Source: Squalus acanthias (lineage: Eukaryota). From it: a stretch of 64,000 bases of DNA. Where the stretch lies: positions 173,292,001-173,356,000 of the forward strand of contig CM059425.1 in the NCBI GenBank assembly GCA_030390025.1. The letters are read 5' to 3'. The notes beneath the pieces were generated by a model. The model saw only the letters and a list, made by a program, of their open reading frames with translations. It had not been told where the DNA came from and ran no database searches. The position numbers and the translations under genes were made by a program. Below are positions 45,260 through 57,727 of this stretch, one piece after another (position 1 is the stretch's first letter; each line of letters starts with the position of its first letter).

Positions 45260-48200
45260 TGCACCAGCTGCAGTATGACTCTGGTCTATGAAAGGCTGGA
45301 CACTTGCAAGGCCTCGGATGGTAAAGGAAGGCCTCTCAGAAGGCAGAAAATGCTGGAAATACTCAGCAGGTCAGGCAGCATCCGTGGAGAGAGAAACAGT
45401 TCATGTCTCAGGTCGAGATGCTGCCTGACCTGCTGAATATTTCCAGCATTTTATGCTGGCATTTCAGATTTACAGCATCTGCTCACAGAGGGAAGAGGAA
45501 GACGCAGAAGAGGAAGATGCAGAAGAAGAAGACGCAGAAGAGGAGGAAGCAGAAGGAAGGATGCAACCCAGACAGCCCCTTTGTGGCCGGGATATCCGGG
45601 ATGGAATCATCCGTCTGCGGTACCAGTGACCACAACCCCAATTCCCCTTTCAACATTAGTCCCACTCCTTACCTTCCCTCTGTTACTGACCATCACAGCA
45701 TCCTCTTGGCCACGGTGCTGAAATAAAAGCCACCACAAAACAAACTTTCCAGTCCAACTTTATACACCTATCCATCCAATATGACGTTAAGAAATCAACT
45801 CATCACCCTTATGCATTCTCTTAGTGACTGTCTTGTGTGTGCCTTTGTCTATCCTACTGATGTCACGCCGTGCTACCCCAGTGGCTGCAGCATGGCTGGT
45901 GGAAGGCTGCTGACTTTCAGTGGGGGACACTGCAAATGGCCTTGCTGGTCGACCTTGAGGAGTTGGTGGTTGGGAATGTGAAATCAAGTGATGGTGTTTC
46001 TTCTTGTCCTTCTTCACTCTCCTCTCCCTCTTCTTGGTTACCCACTGGCTGGGCAGGCTAAATTTTTTTGTTGTGTGAAATGAGGAAGGCACAAGGGTGG
46101 AGTTGTGGTGAGGGGAGGGCGGTAAACCAAGAGGTGCATGCGAGAAGGAGGCTAACGTATGAGGATACCAGCATCTTGTATCCTTTCAGCCCTGCCGCTG
46201 GTCTGTTGTTGCTGTTGTTGCTCACATCTATTCTGTGCCTCCTTTGCCTGCAAGAGAAAGGGAAGTGTGTCAATGAGTGCAGTAGAATGTATTTGAGTGA
46301 TGTGCCTACCGTGGTTGAATAGCTGCCAGTGTGTGCAAGGTGTAAGGTTTCCAAAATTTACAGATCCCCAAAACCTAAGGAAAAAGGACTTTGGAACTAC
46401 CTCAGAGTGATAAAAATGCATTTGGGCCTAACATAAGGAATTTAAGACCAAAAACCAAGTTTTGGCATTTTAAAAACATGTCTGGGCCTGTAAAGGGACA
46501 AGGAGGTGGGTCGACCTCTGTAAAAGCAGTTTGGCTATTGCAGTTAATTACACTGTCTGGGGAACCGTGATGACCTCACTCAAGCCCCAGCAGACATTAA
46601 CATTTGACAATAGACCCAGGGAAAAGACAGTCCCACCCAAAAGACGGGCCCCATCAAAACCGATTACAGGGCCCATCAGAAACATGCATAATACAAATCA
46701 CTCAGATCCATTCTATAGAAAGACCGAGTCCAGCCAAGAAAACCAAACACAAAACCAATCAACTGTAATCAACCAAGGAGATCGACAGGACGCAAGCCAT
46801 CCCAAAAGCCATTTGACACTTAGTAAAGTCGTTACCGTTAACAAGCCCTCCAAAATCTTACAATGCACAGATAAGGAAGCTTCAATTAGTACAATTGAAA
46901 GGCTGTTTTCTCAAGAAGTCAGTTCAGTAGTTACAACAGTTCAAGTTCGAGTTCTCCAGTAGAGTTACACAGCAGCAAGGAATTCAGCAAGCAGTTAAAC
47001 AAGAAGCTGTTCAGGGAGTTCAGCAAGAAGCTGTTGAAGGGAATTCAACAAGTTAAGGAGTTCAGCAGTTCTCAGGAGTTCGAGTTCTCCAGTAGAGTTA
47101 CACGGCAGTTCAAGGAGACAAGCAGTTACACAGTTACAACAGAAAGGAGTTCTCGAGTACAACCGTACACAGTTTCAACGAAACAAGCAGGCCGACACGC
47201 AAGAAGAAACCAGAGCGACCGCCTCAGTGACCATCGGACACCTCGCGGCAACAAGGGCCTTACGAAACTTTTTACTCAAAAGACTCTAAACCCTAACTCT
47301 CAACTGTCAAGGATTTGTTTGGTGAGCATTATCCCTGGTTCTCCAGAGTCCAACCTAGCTAGTGAAGTGGGATTGGGAGGGGTGAAGTATTCTTCTAATG
47401 TTATTTCCCTCGCTTGTACCGAAGTGTTCCCCACTTTTAGAGTGTTAAGAGTGTTTGTGTTGTGTTTTATTTTCTTGAATAAAGATCAAAGTTCTTGCAT
47501 CAAAACCAGTTGTCTGCTGCACTTTTTATCACAACCCCCAAATAAGTCCAAGGTCTAGAACCAAGGGAGTGGGAGCGATTCGAACCGCTCAGAAGTCAGA
47601 GGTGAAGCTGACACAAACCACCATCCCCTACAAAGGTGTGAGTGTGAGTGTTGCAGCAATGGTAAGTGTGTGAGGGTGAAGTGAAGCCATGACTGTGAGG
47701 TATGAGTGGTGATAGCCAGAGATTATTGGTAGGTGAGTGATGGGGGTGTGGTGCACTGAGCCATGTGTGAGGCTTGTGGTGCAGATGGTGGGATATGGCA
47801 TTTGCTGAAGCCTTCACTCACTTTGACCAGCCGTGTGAGGTCATTAAACTTTTTACGGCACTGGTTCCAGCTCCTTGGGACACCACTGGTGGCAGTGACG
47901 GATTCTGCAATCTCTTCCCATAACCTTCTGCTAATGAGCTTTGATGACCTCTTGCCCCCCTGCGGGTAAAGGACAGGCTGCCTTCATTGGATCCCCAGAA
48001 CCAAGGCCGCCAGTGCAGCATCGGAAAATCATCTTGCTCTTTGGACCATTGTTTCTCCAGACTGACAATAAGGTGCTTCTGCAACAAAGCACCTCCCCTT
48101 TAAGTAGTGGAGAACGCCAAGGCCGTACTTCATTGGTCAATAGACTGCACCGATATTGGCCCCACCCGTTGAGTGCTAAGCCAATCAGCAGCATGTTTAG

Positions 48201-48328
48201 CGCTGAGATCAGCGCTGCAATCATGTTAATGAGCAGGTAGCACGAATTTTGTGTACTTAGAAGAGACGCAGGCAAATAGCGCTGGCCGGTGCCCCACCCA
48301 TTTTTGGACCTTGTCCAATTTCTAGGCC
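45260..48328 (-). mobile_element. Harbinger-derived element carrying a spliced Myb/SANT-like gene remnant, interrupted by a solo LTR
   Basis: Minus strand ~47820-48050 encodes, with frameshift or stop, LWEEIAESV..PRSWNQCRKKFNDLTR, then gtgagt; acceptor ttctcttgcag ~46250; TIR-like aatttctaggcc at 48317-48328. Confidence 0.65.
46341..47632 (+). mobile_element. Solo LTR (1292 bp) related to the intact ERV LTR
   Basis: TG...CA ends, 4-bp TSD AAGG; shares ordered motifs TGGTGAGCAT, GCTAGT, AATAAAGAT, TTTTATC, AAGTCCA..TCTAGAACC and the U5 hairpin with 17830-18165. Confidence 0.88.
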
Positions 48329-48789
48329 TATAATTCTTTGTTCTTGATTCCTCTATCAGAGGAAATAATTTCTTTGTATCTAGCCTATCGAATCCTTTTA
48401 ACATTTTAAACATCTCGATCAGATCACCCCTCACTCTTCTATACTCAAAATCTACTGAAAAGGAACGTCATAGAAAGTAAGTTTATATTATGCTGTTCTT
48501 AAAGTAAAGTTGCTGTGATGGTGATCTGTTCATTTTTTCCAGTTTAGTATCAAATAATGAGAGAAATGGAAAAAAATCGAATCCCAAAAATCCCAGGAAA
48601 ATTTGGAGAAAAATCTGTAAAAATCAGCATCTGATATCATAATTTAGTATTCAAGGTGAATCAGTTAGCATTAGAAATAGATAAAATAATAACTGCTATG
48701 CAATAAATAAATATAGAATAGATGTCCTCCTCCCTCCTTCCTCTCTGCCTGGGATTCATAGGCTGCAGTGTGGTCCTCTCGACCCCGCT

Positions 48790-49035
48790 GCTGGTCCATG
48801 CTGCGCCACTCCTGGGCCTCGACCTCGCTGCTGGGCTCGTCCTCGCTCCTGGGTCCCGTCCTCACTGCTGGGCTCGTCCTCGCTCCTGGGTCCCGTCCTC
48901 GCTGCTGGGCTCGTCCTCGCTCCTGGTTCCCGACCTCGCTCCCAGGCCCCATCCTCGCTCCTGGGCCCCGTCCTCGCACCTGGGCCCCGTCCTCGCTCCT
49001 GGGCCCCATCCTCGCTCCTGGGCCCCGACCTCCTT
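48790..49035. repeat. GC-rich ~18-bp minisatellite (CTCGCTCCTGGGCCCCRTC-like)
   Basis: About 13 degenerate tandem copies. Confidence 0.8.
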
Positions 49036-49040
49036 ATAAT

Positions 49041-52000
49041 GTGTCTCCTTCCAGTGAGTGTGTCCCGCGGTGTCTCCTTCCAGTGAGTGTGTCCCGCGGT
49101 GTCTCCTTCCAGTGAGTGTGTCCCGCGGTGTCTCCTTCCAGTGAGTGTGTCCCGCGGTGTCTCCTTCCAGTGAGTGTGTCCCGCGGTGTCTCATAAGAAC
49201 ATAAGAACATAAGAAATAGGAGCAGGAGTAGGCCAATCGGCCCCTCGAGCCTGCTCCGCCATTCAATAAGATCATGGCTGATCTGATCCTAACCGCCAAT
49301 CTACTATCTATCACAGAACCATCTCCTGCATCTAACAGAATTGCACACACGAAATAGGAGCAGAATCAGGCTACACAGTCCCTGGGCCCGCTCCACTACC
49401 CACAGGGCCATGACCGATCCGAACCTAGACTCATGTCCAAATTCCTGCCCGCTCCCCGTAACCCTTAATGCCCTTTACTTCTAGGAAACTGTCTATTTCT
49501 GTTTTAAATTTAATTAATGTTGTAGCTTCTACAGCTTTTTGTGGCAGCATATTCCATGGACCTACCACCCTCTGAGTGAAGTAGTTCCTCCTCATCTCAG
49601 TTTTGAAAGAGCAGCCCCTTATTCTAAGACTATGTCCCCTAGTTCTCGTCTCACCTGTCATCGGGAACATCCTCCCCGCATCCACCCGATCCAACCCCTT
49701 CACAATCTTATATGTTTCAATAAGATCGCCTCTCATTCTTCTGAACTCCAATGAGTAGAGTCCCAATCTACCCAACCTCTCCTCATATGACCACCCGCTC
49801 ATCCCCGGGATTAACCGAGTGAACCTTTTTTGCACTGCCTCGAGAGCAAGGATGTCTTTCCTTAAGTAAGGACACCAAAACTGTATGCAGTATTCCAGGT
49901 GCGGTCTCACCAATACCTTGTACAACTGAAGCAATACCTCCCTATTTTTATATTCTATCCCCCTAGCAATGAAAGCCAACATTCCATTTGCCTTCTTAAT
50001 CACTTGCTGCACCTGCATACTAACCTTTTGAGTTTCGTGCACCAGGACCCCCAGATCCCTTTGCACTTCAGTACTCTCCAGTTTCTTGCCATTAAGATAA
50101 TAAATTGCTCTAGGATTTTTCCTGCCAAAGTGCATCACCTCACACTTTCCAGTGTTGTATTCCATCTGCCAAATCTCTGCCCACTTACTTAGCCTGTCTA
50201 TGTCCCCTTGCAGGTTTTTTATGTCCTCCTCACTCACTACTTTCCCTCCCATCTTTGTATCATCTGCAAATTTTGATATGTTACACTTGGTCCCTTCCTC
50301 CAAATCGTTAATATAGATTGTAAAGAGTTGGGGACCCAGCACTGACCCCTGTGGAACACCACTAGTTACTGATTGCCAGTCTGAGAATGAACCATTTATC
50401 CCAACTCTTTGCTTTCTGTTAGATAGCCAATCCTCTATCCATGCCAGAATATTACCCCCAATCCCGTGATTTTTTACCTTAAGCAATAATCTTTTGTGTG
50501 GCACCTTGTCAAATGCCTTTTGGAAGTCTAAATACACTACGTCCACTGGTTCCCCTTTATCCACTCTATATGTTACTTCCTCAAAGAACTCCAGCAAATT
50601 TGTCAAACATGACTTCCCCTTCGTAAAACCATGCTGACTTTGTCCTATTAAATTATGATTATCCAAATGTCCTGTTACTGTTTCCTTAATAATGGACTCC
50701 AAAATTTTACCTACCACAGATGTTAGGCTAACCGGTCTATAGTTACCAGCCTTCTGTCTACTGCCCTTTTTAAATAAGGGTGTTACATTAGCAGTTTTCC
50801 AGTCTGCCGGGACCTTAGCGGAATCCAGGGAGTTTTGAAAAATTATTACCAATGCATCTACAATCCCTACCGCCACTTCCTTCAAGACTCTAGGATGTAA
50901 GCCATCAGGTCCAGGTGATTTATCCGCCTTGAGTCCCATTATTTTACCGAGTACCACTTCCTTAGTGATTTTGATCGTGTGTAGCTCCTCTCCCCCTATA
51001 GCCCCCTGTTTGTCCAGTGTTGGGATATTCTTAGTGTCCTCTACTGTAAAGACTGATACAAAATATTCATTCAGTGCTTTTGCCATCTCCATATTTCCCA
51101 CCATTAATTTCCCGGTCTCATCCTCTAAGGGACCAACATTTACTTTAGCCACCCTTTTTCTTTTTATATAACTATAAAAACTCTTACTATCTGTTTTTAT
51201 ATTTTTTGCTAATTTACTTTCATAATCTATCTTCCCTTTCTTAATCAATCTTTTTGTTATTTTTTGCTGCCTTTTAAAGTTTTCCCAATCCTCTGTCCTC
51301 CCACTAGATTTCGCTACCTTATATGCCCTTGTTTTTAGTCGAATACTATCCTTAATTTCTTTACTTAGCCACGGATGACTGTCCTTTCTTTTACACCCTT
51401 TTCTTTTCAGTGGAATATATTTTTTTTGGAAGTTGTAAAATAACTCCTTGAATGTACACCACTGATCATTTGTCGTCTTACCCTTTAATATATTTTCCCA
51501 ATCCACTCTACTCAATTCCGCTCGCATACCTTCATAGTCTCCTTTATTCAAGCTTAGCACGCTTGTTTGAGATCCAACCTTCTCACCCTCTAATTGAATA
51601 TGGAATTCAACCATGTTATGGTCACTCATTCCAAGGGGATCCTTTACTAGGACATTTTTAATTAATCCTGTCTCGTTACACAGGACCAGATCTAAGGTTG
51701 CTTGCCCCCTGGTCGGTTCAGTTACATACTGCTCAAGAAACCCATCCCTAATACACTCAATGAACTCATCCTCAAGGCAGCCCTGCCCCATTTGATTTGT
51801 CCAATTAATATGATAGTTAAAATCCCCCATAATTATAGATGTTCCCTTATTACATGCCTCAACTATTTCCTGATTGATACTCCGTCCAATAGAGTTGCAA
51901 CTGTTCGGAGGCCTATAGACTACGCCCACTAATGTTTTTTTCCCCTTATTATTCCTTATCTCCTTCTAGTGAGTGTGTCCCACGGTGTCTCCTTCCAGTG

Positions 52001-54263
52001 AGTGTGTCCCGCGGTGTCTCCAGTGAGTGTGTTCCGCGGTGTCTCCTTCCAGTGAGTGTGTCCCACGGCGTCTCCTTCCAGTGAGTGTGTCCCACGGCGT
52101 CTCCTTCCAGTGAGTGTGTCCCGCGGCGTCTCCTTCCAGTGAGTGTGTTCCGCGGTGTCTCCTTCCAGTGAGTGTGTCCCACGGCGTCTCCTTCCAGTGA
52201 GTGTGTCCCGCGGTGTCTCCTTCCAGTGAGTGTGTCCCGCGGCGTCTCCTTCCAGTGAGTGTGTCCCGCGGCGTCTCCTTCCAGTGAGTGTGTTCCGCGG
52301 TGTCTCCTTCCAGTGAGTGTGTCCCACGGCGTCTCCTTCCAGTGAGTGTGTCCCACGGTGTCTCCTTCTAGTGAGTGTGTCCCGCGGTGTCTCTTTCCAG
52401 TGAGTGTGTCCCGCGGTGTCTCCTTCCAGTGAGTGTGTCCCGCGGTGTCTCCTTCCAGTGAGTGTGTCCCACGGCGTCTCCTTCCAGTGAGTGTGTCCCA
52501 CGGCGTCTCCTTCCAGTGAGTGTGTCCCGCGGCGTCTCCTTCCAGTGAGTGTGTTCCGCGGTGTCTCCTTCCAGTGAGTGTGTCCCACGGCGTCTCCTTC
52601 CAGTGAGTGTGTCCCGCGGTGTCTCCTTCCAGTGAGTGTGTCCCGCGGCGTCTCCTTCCAGTGAGTGTGTCCCGCGGCGTCTCCTTCCAGTGAGTGTGTT
52701 CCGCGGTGTCTCCTTCCAGTGAGTGTGTCCCACGGCGTCTCCTTCCAGTGAGTGTGTCCCGCGGTGTCTCCTTCTAGTGAGTGTGTCCCGCGGTGTCTCC
52801 TTCCAGTGAGTGTGTCCCGCGGTGTCTCCTTCCAGTGAGTGTGTCCCGCGGTGTCTCCTTCCAGTGAGTGTGTCCCGCGGTGTCTCCTTCCAGTCAGTGT
52901 GTCCCGCGGTGTCTCCTTCCAGTGAGTGTGTCCCGCGGTGTCTCCTTCCAGTGAGTGTGTCCCGCGGTGTCTCCAGTGAGTGTGTCCCGCGGTGTCTCCT
53001 TCCAGTGAGTGTGTCCCGCGGTGTCTCCTTCCAGTGAGTGTGTCCCGCGGCGTCTCCAGTGAGTGTGTCCCACGGTGTCTCCTTTCAGTGAGTGTGTCCC
53101 GCGGTGTCTCCTTCCAGTGAGTGTGTCCCGCGGTGTCTCCTTCTAGTGAGTGTGTCCCGCGGTGTCTCCTTCCAGTGAGTGTGTCCCGCGGTGTCTCCTT
53201 CCAGTGAGTGTGTCCCGCGGTGTCTCCTTCCAGTGAGTGTGTCCCGCGGTGTCTCCTTCCAGTGAGTGTGTCCCGCGGTGTCTCCTTCTAGTGAGTGTGT
53301 CCCGCGGTGTCTCCTTCCAGTGAGTGTGTCCCGCGGTGTCTCCTTCCAGTGAGTGTGTCCCGCGGTGTCTCCTTCCAGTGAGTGTGTCCTGCGGTGTCTC
53401 CTTCCAGTGAGTGTGTCCCGCGGTGTCTCCTTCTAGTGAGAGTGTCGCGCGGTGTCTCCTTCCAGTGAGTGTGTCCCGCGGTGTCTCCTTCCAGTGAGTG
53501 TGTCCCGCGGTGTCTCCTTCCAGTGAGTGTGTCCCGGGGCGTCTCCTTCCAGTGAGTGTGTCCCGCGGCGTCTCCTTCCAGTGAGTGTGTCCCGCGGCGT
53601 CTCCTTCCAGTGAGTGTGTCCCGCGGCGTCTCCTTCCAGTGAGTGTGTCCCGCGGCGTCTCCTTCTAGTGAGTGTGTCCCGCGGTGTCTCCTTCCAGTGA
53701 GTGTGTCCCGCGGCGTCTCCTTCCAGTGAGTGTGTCCCGCGGCGTCTCCTTCCAGTAAGTGTGGCCCGCGGAGTCTCCTTCCAGTGAGTGTGTCCCGCGG
53801 CGTCTCCTTCCAGTGAGTGTGTCCCGCGGTGTCTCCTTCCAGTGAGTGTGTCCTGCGGCGTCTCCTTCTAGTGAGTGTGTCCCGCGGTATCTCCTTCCAG
53901 TAAGTGTGTCCCGCGGTGTCTCCTTCCAGTGAGTGTGTCCCGCGGCGTCTCCTTCCAGTGAGTGTGTCCCGCGGTGTCTCCTTCCAGTGAGTGTGTCCCG
54001 CGGCGTCTCCTTCTAGTGTGTGTGTCCCACGGCGTCTCCTTCCAGTGAGTGTGTCCCGCGGTGTCTCCTTCCAGTGAGTGTGTCCCGCGGTGTCTCCTTC
54101 TAGTGAGTGTGTCCCGCGGTGTCTCCTTCCAGTGAGTGTGTCCCGCGGTGTCTCCTTCCAGTGAGTGTGTCCCGCGGTGTCTCCTTCCAGTGAGTGTGTC
54201 CCGCGGTGTCTCCTTCTAGTGAGTGTGTCCCGTGGTGTCTCCTTCCAGTGAGTGTGTCCCGTG
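49041..54263. repeat. 29-bp tandem satellite GTGTCTCCTTCCAGTGAGTGTGTCCCGCG (~5 + ~79 units), split by a CR1
   Basis: Contiguous units at 49041-49191 and ~51960-54263, with no unique spacers. Confidence 0.97.
49192..51962 (-). mobile_element. Young CR1 LINE, 5'-truncated in EN, uninterrupted 832-aa ORF2 frame (49431-51929)
   Basis: Open EN(partial)-RT frame closely related to 12180-15672; (ttcttatg)n tail at 49192; microhomology tctcc with the satellite at the 5' junction. Confidence 0.96.
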
Positions 54264-57200
54264 GTGGACCACTTTCCATACCTCGGGAGCCTTTGTTAAC
54301 AGTAGGCTCCTGAGGCATGGAAAGTGGTCCACGATGTCCAAGGCCTCGTCATGGAGTTTGATAATCGGGGAGCAGTACTGTGTGGTGGGGGCAGGTTGGT
54401 AGAGGACTTTTTTCTTACAGATGTTTAGTGTAAGACCCATGCTCTCGTACACTTCGGTGAAGCTGTTGACGATGGTTTGGAGTTCAACCTCAGAGTGTGC
54501 GCAGACGCTTGCGTCGTCTGCATACTGTAATTCGATGACAGGGAATGGGACGACCTTGGATCTGGACCGGAGGCAACGGAGGTTGAACAGTTTACCATTT
54601 GTTCTGTAGATTAGCTCCACTCCAGCGGGGAGCTTACTGAGGGTTAGATGGAGCATTGCAGCCAGAAAGATCGAGAAGAGCGTTGGTGCGATGACACAGC
54701 CTTGCTTGACCCCGGTCCGTAGGTAAACTGGGTCTGTGGTGGATCCGTTGGTCAGGATCACGGCTTGCATGTCGTCGTGAAGCAGGCGGAGGATGGTGAC
54801 AAACTTTTGAGGGCAGCCGAATTTGAGGAGGACACTCCATAATCTCTCACAGTTGACGGTGTCGAAGGCCTTTGTGAGGTCAAAGAAGGCCATGTACAGC
54901 GGTTGGTGCTGTTCCCTGCATTTCTCTTGTAGTTGATGAGCGGTGAAGATCATGTCCATTGTGCCCCTTAGTGGGCGGAATCCGCATTGCGACTCTGGGA
55001 GGAGCTCTTCAGAAAATGGGAAAAGGCGATTGAGGAGGATTCTTGTGATGACTTTCCCTGTGGCAGACAGCAGGGAGACTCCTCTGTAATTACCGCAATT
55101 GGACTTGTCACCTTTCTTGAAGATGGTCATGATTACGCCATCTCTGAGAACCCCTGGCATACTCTCCTTCCAAATAAGAGAAATTAGTTCATGTATTCGC
55201 GCCAATAGTGCTTCTCCGCCATGTTTTAGCGCCTCGGCGGGGATTCCATCCGCTCCTGAGGCCTTGTTGTTCTTCAGTTGTCGAATGGCCTTTTCAACCT
55301 CATGCCGGGCTGGGGTTGTGCTGAGGTGGTGGCGGGTAGCATGCTGCGGGATGGAGTTGAGGACACTCGCGTCGAAGACAGAGACTCGGTTAAGGACATC
55401 TTTGAAGTGCTCCTTCCAGCGGGCACTGACTGCCTCTCTGTCCTTGATGAGTACCTCTCCGTTCTTGGCCCGCAGTGGGGTAGGACCTTGGGTGCTTGGG
55501 CCGCAGGTGGTTTTGACTGCGCTAAAGAATCCACACACGTCGTGGTTGTCGGCTAGCTGCTGGATCTCCTGCGCTTTCTCCACCCACCATCTGTTCTTTA
55601 GGTCGCGAGTTTTTTGTTGGACCTCGGCCTTCAGGCATCTGTAGAGCTGCTTTCTTGGTCTCGAGTTCTGTTGCTGTTTCCAGATCAGGAATGCCTTGCG
55701 CTTGCGGCTTATTAGCTCCTGGATCTCCTGGTCGTTCTTGTCGAACCTGCCTTGGTGTTTCCTGGTCGAGTGACCGAGCGTCTCTTCACAGGTGCTGATT
55801 ATGGAGGCCTTGAGTGCAGACCAGGCGCTGTGGACACTCTGTGTCTCTGAATCACTGGGAGTCGTCAGGTTGGTTGTGAGGCGTAGGCTGAATAAGGCTT
55901 TCTTAGCGGGGTCTTTGAGTGCTCCAGCGTTGATTTTCCTGCGGAATTGCTTCTGTTGCCGCCACTGTTTTGGGGCTACGTTCATGGAGATGACAGAGTG
56001 GATTAGGCAGTGGTATGTCCAGCAGTTGTCAGCTCCTGTCATGGCGCGGGTGATGCGGACGTCCTTGCGGTCCCTCGCTCGGACAATGACGTACTCCAGC
56101 AGATGCTGGTGCTTGGAGCGAAGGTGTTGCCATGAAGCCTTGTACTTGTCTCTCTGACGGAACAAGGTGTTGGTTATGACAAGGCCATGTTCTAAGCATT
56201 TCGTCAGGAGGAGGGTACCATTGAAGTTGGCTTTCCCTACCCCCTCTCTGCCGATCACACCTCCCCAGAGGTCTGTGTCCTTTCCAACCCTGGCATTGAA
56301 GTCGCCAAGGAGGATCAGCTTGTCGCCCATTGGGACTCGGGACAGGGATTGTTCGAGGCTGGAGTAGAATTCCTCTTTGGTTTTGTCTGTGGCTTCCAGT
56401 GTTGGGGCGTACGCACTGATGACCGTAGCGCACTGGTTCCGGGCTAGGGTGAGCCGTAGAGTCATGAGGCATTCGTTTATTCCACAAGGGGAGTCTCTGA
56501 GATATCCAAATGGTTCATTTTTTGTGGCGAAGCCTACCCCATGGAGCCGGCGTTCTTCTTCAGGTTTGCCTTTCCAGAAGAAGGTGTAACCACTGCCTTG
56601 CTCCTTGAGCTGGCCTTCCCCTGCCCGCCGGGTCTCGCTTAGGGCGGCGATGTCTATGTCGAAACGACTGAGCTTCCGGGCAACAATAACAGTACGGCAT
56701 TCCGGTCTGTCGCTGTTGGGGTTGTCCATGAGGGTCCTGACATTCCAGGTCGCGAACTTCATTCTAAAGGGTGGAAGATGCCTGAGTGTGAATTCTTTTA
56801 ACGTGGGGCGGCCATTGCACACCAGCTACCACACGGGCTTGACAGAGCAAGGTCTTGGTCCAATGGCAAGGGGATCCAAGATTGGAGACCAGGCTCTGCT
56901 ACATTGGCCTAGCACACACACACAAACATACTCCTACTGTCAACAAGGGCAGATGCGATGACGAAGTCCAACACCGCCTTCAGTGTGCCAGTGCAGCCTT
57001 CGGTCGTCTGAGGAAGAGAGTGTTTGAAGACCAGGACCTCAAACCCGGCACCAAGCTCATGGTCTACAGAGCAGCAGTGATACCCGCCCTCCTGTATGCT
57101 TCAGAGACATGGGCCATGTACAGCAGGCACCTCAAAGCACTGGAGAGGTACCATGAACGCTGCCTCCGCAAGATCCTGCAAATCCATTGGCAGGATAGGC

Positions 57201-57716
57201 GCACCAACGTCAGTGTTCTCGCTCAGGCCAACATCCCCAGCATCGAAGCTTTGACCACACTCGGTCAGCTCCGATGGATACGCCACGTCATCTGCATGCC
57301 CGATATGAGACTCCCAAAACAAGCGCTCTACTCGGACCTCCGACATGGCAAGAGAGCCCCAGGTGGGCAGAGGAAACGCTTCAAGGACACCCTCAAAGCC
57401 TCCTTGAAAAAGTGCAACATCCCCACCGACAGCTGGGAATCCCTGGCCCAAGACCACACAAAGTGGAGGAGAAGCATCCGGGAAGGCGCCGAACACCTCG
57501 AGTCTCTTCGCCGGGAGCAAGCGGAAGCCAAGCACAGGCAGCGCAAGGAGCGCACGTCAACCCAAGCACCCCACCCACCCGCCCCTTCAACCACCGTCTG
57601 CCCCACCTGTGACAGAGACTGTAGGTCCAGCATTGGACTCATCAGTCACCTGCGTACTCATTTTTAGTGTGGAAGCAAGTCATCCTCGGTTCCGAGGGAC
57701 TGCCTAAGAAGAGAAG
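54264..57716. mobile_element. RTE-clade LINE, near full length, with 5' inversion (about 54290-56905 minus; about 56932-57716 plus)
   Basis: Minus: ATWNVRTL, ALSETR, SAYAPT, LGDFNAR, GVKQGCVIAPTLF, YADD. Plus: DEVQHRLQCASAAFGRL to CPTCDRDC..HLRTH, then an AAG-rich tail. Confidence 0.95.
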
Positions 57717-57727
57717 ATAGAATAGAT

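Noticed and set aside
46531..47558. 143-aa and 174-aa ORFs
   Set aside because: Inside a solo LTR, partly made of short tandem repeats, non-ATG starts, no domain similarity.
49041..54263. 29-bp repeats as a CRISPR array, or as a repeat-protein gene (HTHWKETPRDTLTGRR...)
   Set aside because: Units are contiguous with no spacers and no cas genes; the ORFs arise simply because the unit lacks minus-strand stops.
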